This document shows, piece by piece, positions 58,879 to 64,000 of a DNA stretch of 64,000 nucleotides. The position numbers and the translations under genes were made by a program. The DNA is from an uncultured Verrucomicrobiae bacterium (GTDB taxonomy: Bacteria > Verrucomicrobiota > Verrucomicrobiia > Opitutales > JABDGR01), in the NCBI GenBank assembly GCA_963765205.1, contig CAVXVB010000007.1, positions 32,001 to 96,000 on the forward strand. The letters are read 5' to 3'. The notes under the pieces were generated by a model. The model had not been told where the DNA came from. It saw only the letters and a list, made by a program, of their open reading frames with translations, and made no database searches. Every line of letters begins with the position of its first letter. The first letter of the stretch is position 1.

Positions 58879-59982
58879 ATGTCTGTCGCAATGTCCAACC
58901 CACCTTCTGCCAGCCCGCCGGCTGGGATATTGCCGCTGGTTGCGCCGGGGGTGGTGGGCAATGGCGCCGGTGCGAAGAACGGCGCGACAGCGGCGACGCC
59001 GAGTTTGCAGGCGATTGACTTGAACAAGGATTATGGGACGATTCGCGCGGTGCAGAATTTGAATTTTACGGTGGCGCGGGGGGAGATTGTGGGTTTTCTG
59101 GGGCTGAATGGGGCGGGGAAGAGCACGACGATGCGGATTTTCGCGGGGTTGTTGTCGGCGACTTCGGGGCGGGCGTATGTGGCGGGGATTCCGGTGGCGC
59201 GTTACCCGGAGGAGGCGAAGCGGCACCTGGGCTACATGCCGGAGCACAACCCGTTGCCGGACGACATGCGGGTGAGCGAATACCTGCACTTCCGCGCGCG
59301 GTTGAAGGAAATCCCGCGCAAGCAGATCAAGGGGCGGGTCGAGGAGGTGATTGAGGCGTGCGGGTTGCAGCACAAGACGCAGCGCAAGTTGATTGGGATG
59401 TTGTCGAAGGGCTACCGGCAGCGGGTGGGGATCGCGGATGCGATTCTGGCCAAGCCGGAGGTGATTTTGATGGATGAGCCGACGATTGGGCTGGATCCGG
59501 TGCAAATTCAGAGCATCCGGCGGCTGATTGATTCGTTGCGCGGGCAGTTGACGGTGTTGATTTCGAGCCATATTTTGCCGGAGATTGAATTGTGCTGCGA
59601 CCGCATGATGATCATCAACCAGGGGCGGCTGGTGGCGGCGGGGACGTTGAAGAGCCTGCGGCGGGAATTTTTCACGCGGGCGGCGTGGCGGCTGCGGCTC
59701 AGCGGGGATGTGGGGGCGTTCGAGCGGTTGCTGCCGGAGGTGAATCCGGCGCTGCGGCTGGCGGCGTGCTCGGCGGCGGACGGCGAGGGCTTTGTGGATT
59801 TGCGGCTGGAGGGGCCGATGGATGATGCGGGGTTGGGCGAGGCGCTGCTGGGGGCGGTGATGCGGCGGGGTGGTTGGCGGGTGCGCGAGTTCGCGCATAT
59901 CCAACCGGGGCTGGAGGAAATTTTCCTGGCGGCGACGAAGACGAGCCAGGATGCGTTGACGCCGTTGGCGGCGCTCAAATAA
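58879..59982 (+). CDS. ABC transporter ATP-binding protein (GldA-like; start uncertain)
   Basis: 'GLNGAGKST', 'LSKGYRQRVG', 'DEPT', 'SSH'. Confidence 0.92.
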   Translation: MSVAMSNPPSASPPAGILPLVAPGVVGNGAGAKNGATAATPSLQAIDLNKDYGTIRAVQNLNFTVARGEIVGFLGLNGAGKSTTMRIFAGLLSATSGRAYVAGIPVARYPEEAKRHLGYMPEHNPLPDDMRVSEYLHFRARLKEIPRKQIKGRVEEVIEACGLQHKTQRKLIGMLSKGYRQRVGIADAILAKPEVILMDEPTIGLDPVQIQSIRRLIDSLRGQLTVLISSHILPEIELCCDRMMIINQGRLVAAGTLKSLRREFFTRAAWRLRLSGDVGAFERLLPEVNPALRLAACSAADGEGFVDLRLEGPMDDAGLGEALLGAVMRRGGWRVREFAHIQPGLEEIFLAATKTSQDALTPLAALK

Positions 59983-59991
59983 TTTATTGTC

Positions 59992-60758
59992 ATGCGCCAT
60001 TTTCCATTATTGTTAGCGCATGAACTGCGGATGCTGGCCGTGTCGGTGGCGACGTATAGCGCGGCGGTGCTGTTCCTGCTGGTGATGGGCTTCTTCTATT
60101 ACTGGGTGCTGTATAATTACGACGCGGCGTTCCAGAGCGATCCGCCGGCGACGCTGTACTTCTCGATTTTCTACATTCCGGTTTTCTTTGTGGTGCCGCT
60201 GCTGACGATGAAGAGCCTGGCGGAGGAGCGGCGGTTTGGCACTTTGGAGACGATGCTGACGACGCCGGCCTCGACGATTGAAATTGTGCTGGCGAAATAT
60301 TTCGCGGCGTATTTTTTCTATGTGGCGCTGTGGGCGCTGACGCTGATTTTCCCGTGGATCGCGATCCGATACCTGCACGCGACGGACCGAATTCGCCGCT
60401 GCGGGACGTGGCGTCGCTGACGGGGGGCTTCCTGTTTGTGTGCAGCAGCGGGCTGTTGTATATCGCGCTGGGGATTTTCGCGAGCAGCCTGACGCGCAAC
60501 ACGCTGGTGGCGGGGATGCTGTCGTTCAGCCTGCTGCTGGTGCTGATTGTGAGCGGGAATTTGCTGCAGCATTGGTCGTTGCAGGGCGCGTGGCTGTCGC
60601 ACCTGCAGCCGGCGGTGGATTATTTGCAGGTATTCCGGCATCTGGACGACTTCACCCGGGGGGTGGTGGACACGCGGCCGTTCTTTCTCTACGCGAGCAA
60701 CACGCTGCTGGTGCTGGGCGTGACGACCCTGGTGGTCGAGGCGCGCGCGACGGCGTGA
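59992..60758 (+). CDS. ABC-2 permease (GldF-like; one-base frameshift near 60387)
   Basis: 'PLLTMKSLAEERRFGTLE.MLT.P', then 'HLDDFTRGVVD' in the second frame. Confidence 0.88.
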
Positions 60759-60791
60759 CGGCCGGCCGATATTACAAAATATTTTAATCCC

Positions 60792-62330
60792 ATGTTCGCG
60801 CGCCTGGAAGAATTTCGTTTTGCCCGCTGGGTGAAAAGCCTCAACCGGGCCACCCAGATCCTGCTCGGCCTGACGCTGGTGGGGACGCTGAATTATGTGG
60901 CGGCGCAGCATTACGAGCGGTGGGATTTGACGCCGGACCGGCATTTTTCGCTGGGGCCGGAGACGCTGGCCTACCTGCAGCAGAAGGTGCCGCACACGCC
61001 GGACGCGCCGCTGCAGATCATTTCGATATTGCCGGAAGACGCGTCGGACAGCACGCTGGTGAGCAACAAGCAGATTGACCGGCTGCTGGATGAATATGGC
61101 GAGGCGGGCAAGAAGGCGGGCATCCCACTGGAGATCAACCCGCGGCCGGGCGACCCGGGCAACCATCTGGCGCTCAACCCGCTGGTCGAGACGGCGCGCT
61201 ACGAGGATTTGCTGCGCCTGGGCATCCCGCCCTACACGCGCGTTCTGGTCATGCGGGGCGAGCATTTCCACGCGCTGAACAATGCGGATCTTTACGACAC
61301 GAAGACGACGGCGGAGGGCCAGCCGACGCCAACGGGCTTCAACGGGGAGAACGCGATCACGTCGGCGATTCTGGATGTAATCCAGACCGAGCCGGACGAA
61401 ATTTATTTCACGCAGGGGCATGGCGAGCTGGACTTCACCAGCACGGACAAAATTTACGGCTTGTCGGGCTTGAATGAGTTTCTCACCAAGCGGAATTTTG
61501 CGCTCAAGGGGATCAATCTGCTGGGGGACAAGACGGACATCCCGGAGAAGGCGAAGCTGGTGGTGATCGCCGATCCCAACCGCCCGTTCAATGAATTGGA
61601 AATCGAGAAGCTGCGGAAATACCTGGGCCAGCGCAACGGGCGGGTGCTGATTTTCATGGATCCGGGCCGGAACGCCGGGCTGGAGGGCTTGCTGCATGAC
61701 TGGGGCCTGCACGCGACGGACCGGCTGGTGGTGGAAGACACGGCGCACTCAACGGCCGATTACGGGACGATCATTGACCCGTCGGATCATCCCAGCCCGA
61801 ACCCGATGGTGCGCTTTGCGGCGATGAGCAACCATCAGATCACGCTGTTGTTTGGGCCAACGCGGCCGGTTGAAGTGGACCAGACGACGCCGGACGAGCA
61901 GCAGCAGCAGGTGACGCAACTGTTGTTCAGTTCCAAGCAAGCCATCGTGTTCAAGGATTGGACGGGGCCGAGCGGGCCGCAACCCAGCCCGCAGGACACG
62001 GTTGGCTCGGTGTCGGTGGCGGCGTTGTCCGAACAGCACGCGAATGGCACGGCGGATTTGCCGGGCGGGCGGTTGATGGTGGTGGGAGATGCCTTTGTGC
62101 TGATGAATAAATACTCGGGCCAGTCGGGCAACCCGGATTTGCTTTTGAATTGCTTCAACTACCTCACGAGCCGCGATAACCTGCTGAACATCCACCCGCG
62201 GCTGCCGGTGCAGTCGAAGCTGGAGATCAGCAGCGCGCGCTATGTGGGGCTGGCGTGGCGGCTGGGCCTGGTGCCGGCCGCGGTGGCGCTGTTGGGGCTG
62301 ATGGTTTTCTGGGTGCGCAACCGCACTTGA
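60792..62330 (+). CDS. GldG-like ABC auxiliary protein
   Basis: 'WDLT...FSL..ET', 'GENAITSAI', 'YFTQGHGE', 'GRLMVVGD', C-terminal TM. Confidence 0.88.
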   Translation: MFARLEEFRFARWVKSLNRATQILLGLTLVGTLNYVAAQHYERWDLTPDRHFSLGPETLAYLQQKVPHTPDAPLQIISILPEDASDSTLVSNKQIDRLLDEYGEAGKKAGIPLEINPRPGDPGNHLALNPLVETARYEDLLRLGIPPYTRVLVMRGEHFHALNNADLYDTKTTAEGQPTPTGFNGENAITSAILDVIQTEPDEIYFTQGHGELDFTSTDKIYGLSGLNEFLTKRNFALKGINLLGDKTDIPEKAKLVVIADPNRPFNELEIEKLRKYLGQRNGRVLIFMDPGRNAGLEGLLHDWGLHATDRLVVEDTAHSTADYGTIIDPSDHPSPNPMVRFAAMSNHQITLLFGPTRPVEVDQTTPDEQQQQVTQLLFSSKQAIVFKDWTGPSGPQPSPQDTVGSVSVAALSEQHANGTADLPGGRLMVVGDAFVLMNKYSGQSGNPDLLLNCFNYLTSRDNLLNIHPRLPVQSKLEISSARYVGLAWRLGLVPAAVALLGLMVFWVRNRT

Positions 62331-62372
62331 ATTCCGGAGTGAATCCCTGCACCTTTTTCCCCATCCGCCGCC

Positions 62373-64000
62373 ATGCGCTTCAAACTCACCCTGCTTTTGC
62401 TGCTGGCCAACCTGGCCGTGTTCTTCGTGCTGTGGCGGCTGAACCGGCCGCCGCCGATCGAGCCGAAGGCGAGCGGGCCGGTGGCGCGGGATTTCACGCC
62501 GGACCGCATCCTGATCAACGACCACGCGCGCAATGAGGTGCGCGAGATAAAACGGGACACGCCGGACAGCCCGTATCGCATCGTCCAGCCGTTTGACTGG
62601 CCGGCGAATGAATTTGCGGTGCGCGCCATCTATTCAAATTTGCAAGAGCTGGACGTGGGCGCGAACATCACGCCGGAGGAGCTCCGGCAAGGGGGGCAAA
62701 ACTTGAAGGATTTCGGCCTCGACCAGCCGATTTTGGAGGTGACGCTGGCGGATGCGACTCACACGCAAACGCTGCTGGTGGGCAAGCCGACGGCGCGGGG
62801 CGAGAATATTTACGCCATGAACCCGGCGGACAAGATCGTGCGCGTCATCGCGCAAAGCGCGCTGGCGAGCCTGTTTGCGCCGATCGAGGATTTGCGGGAC
62901 GACAGTATTTTTACGACGCAGGGGTTTGACGCGCAAAGCTTGTCCATCAAATCGCCGAACCTGGTGAAGTTTGTGAAGGATGGGGATGTGTGGTGGCTTG
63001 ACACCCCGCTGCGGCGGCCGGCGGACACGGAGAATGTAAACCGCGTCATCTCCGCGCTGGATGACCTCAAGGTGCAGCGATTTTTGACGCCGGCCGAGGC
63101 GGCGGATGCGACCCGGCTGGGGCTGGCGGAGTCGAACTACACGGTTGAGTTGCAGGGCGAAACGAGCCAGACGCTGCATGTGGGCGCGGATGTGCCCGAC
63201 GCCCCGGCCGCGGCGCCGGAAGTTTATGGACAGATGGAGGGCAGCAAGGTCGTGTTCACCCTGTCGAAAAAGGGGGACTTGTTCACGAAAATCCTGCCGC
63301 AAGCGCAGGATTTGCTGCGGCAGCGCCATTTTCTGGATTTTGACCCGACGAAGGTCACGACGCTGAGCGTCAAATCGCCGGAGAGCGAAGTCATCGTGGA
63401 CCATCTGGCGAACCAGACGTGGCAGGTGCGGGACAAGGACAGCGCGGGGCAGCCGCACCCGTTTGACGCGGACACGGCGACGGTGCAGGCACTGCTGATG
63501 GGCCTGGAAAACCTGGCCGCCAAGAATTTTGCGAGTGACGCGCCGGGCGACCTGGCGCCGTTTGGCCTGGCCGTGCCGTGGCGCACGGTCGCGCTGCACA
63601 CGACGGACCAAGTCTTGACGGTGGATTTGGGCGAGACGGCGGCGGCGGATGCGACGGCGGCCCCGCATTACTACGCCAAGGTCGAGGGCGCGGACACGGT
63701 ATATGAATTGGACGGGGCGGTGTTCAACCAGCTCGAACCGCAAATGGATGCGGAGCCGCTGCACTTCCGCGACCGCGTGCTGGAGAGCCTGCCGGCCAGC
63801 GCGCAAATCACCACGCTCAAGCTGAGCCACCTGACCGACAACCAGGACATCTATAATGGAACGTTGCCGGACAACACCACGTGGGACAAATATCTGCCCA
63901 ACACGGACACGAGCACAAGCGCGCGACGCACGGCGTTGCTGGATTTGCTCAATTACGTAAAAAAGTTTGTGGTGCAGGATTACCGCGCGGCGGCGTTCAC
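62373..64000 (+). CDS. DUF4340-repeat protein (3' end outside window)
   Basis: N-terminal TM; repeated 'P..WPA/RPAD...V', 'L..FGL..P' units; frame appears open to the window end; usual partner of Gld-like ABC genes. Confidence 0.8.
   Translation, partial: MRFKLTLLLLLANLAVFFVLWRLNRPPPIEPKASGPVARDFTPDRILINDHARNEVREIKRDTPDSPYRIVQPFDWPANEFAVRAIYSNLQELDVGANITPEELRQGGQNLKDFGLDQPILEVTLADATHTQTLLVGKPTARGENIYAMNPADKIVRVIAQSALASLFAPIEDLRDDSIFTTQGFDAQSLSIKSPNLVKFVKDGDVWWLDTPLRRPADTENVNRVISALDDLKVQRFLTPAEAADATRLGLAESNYTVELQGETSQTLHVGADVPDAPAAAPEVYGQMEGSKVVFTLSKKGDLFTKILPQAQDLLRQRHFLDFDPTKVTTLSVKSPESEVIVDHLANQTWQVRDKDSAGQPHPFDADTATVQALLMGLENLAAKNFASDAPGDLAPFGLAVPWRTVALHTTDQVLTVDLGETAAADATAAPHYYAKVEGADTVYELDGAVFNQLEPQMDAEPLHFRDRVLESLPASAQITTLKLSHLTDNQDIYNGTLPDNTTWDKYLPNTDTSTSARRTALLDLLNYVKKFVVQDYRAAAF

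Overview
GC-rich bacterial window, most likely Verrucomicrobiota (Opitutia-like). This is inferred from the double-length UvrA, SHD1-domain proteins, a membrane-tethered ECF sigma factor and the Cys-less FmdB-like protein. The window appears to span the replication origin: the + strand switches from strongly C-rich to strongly G-rich at about 52.3 kb, between mnmE and mnmG, where there is a DnaA box, and two perfect parS palindromes lie inside mnmG. Core genes (ilvB, cysCDN, folC, ftsK, eno, uvrA, recQ, mnmE, mnmG, coaX, a Gld-like ABC system) alternate with pectin and sulfate-ester enzymes and small lower-GC accessory cassettes. These include a GHKL-type nuclease with Vsr, a DUF433/DUF5615 toxin-antitoxin pair, a type II R-M pair at the origin, a TIGR04255-led three-gene operon and a decayed IS630. 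The most striking feature is a pervasive family of degenerate 7-mer/9-mer tandem-repeat modules and REP-like palindromes. They form nested intergenic hairpins and are also inserted, mostly in frame, into mnmE, mnmG and uvrA, adding up to about 170 low-complexity residues to conserved proteins. About ten single-base frameshifts in conserved genes suggest uncorrected long-read errors, so pseudogene calls are provisional. No rRNA, tRNA or CRISPR array was seen. All calls are by eye, without database searches.
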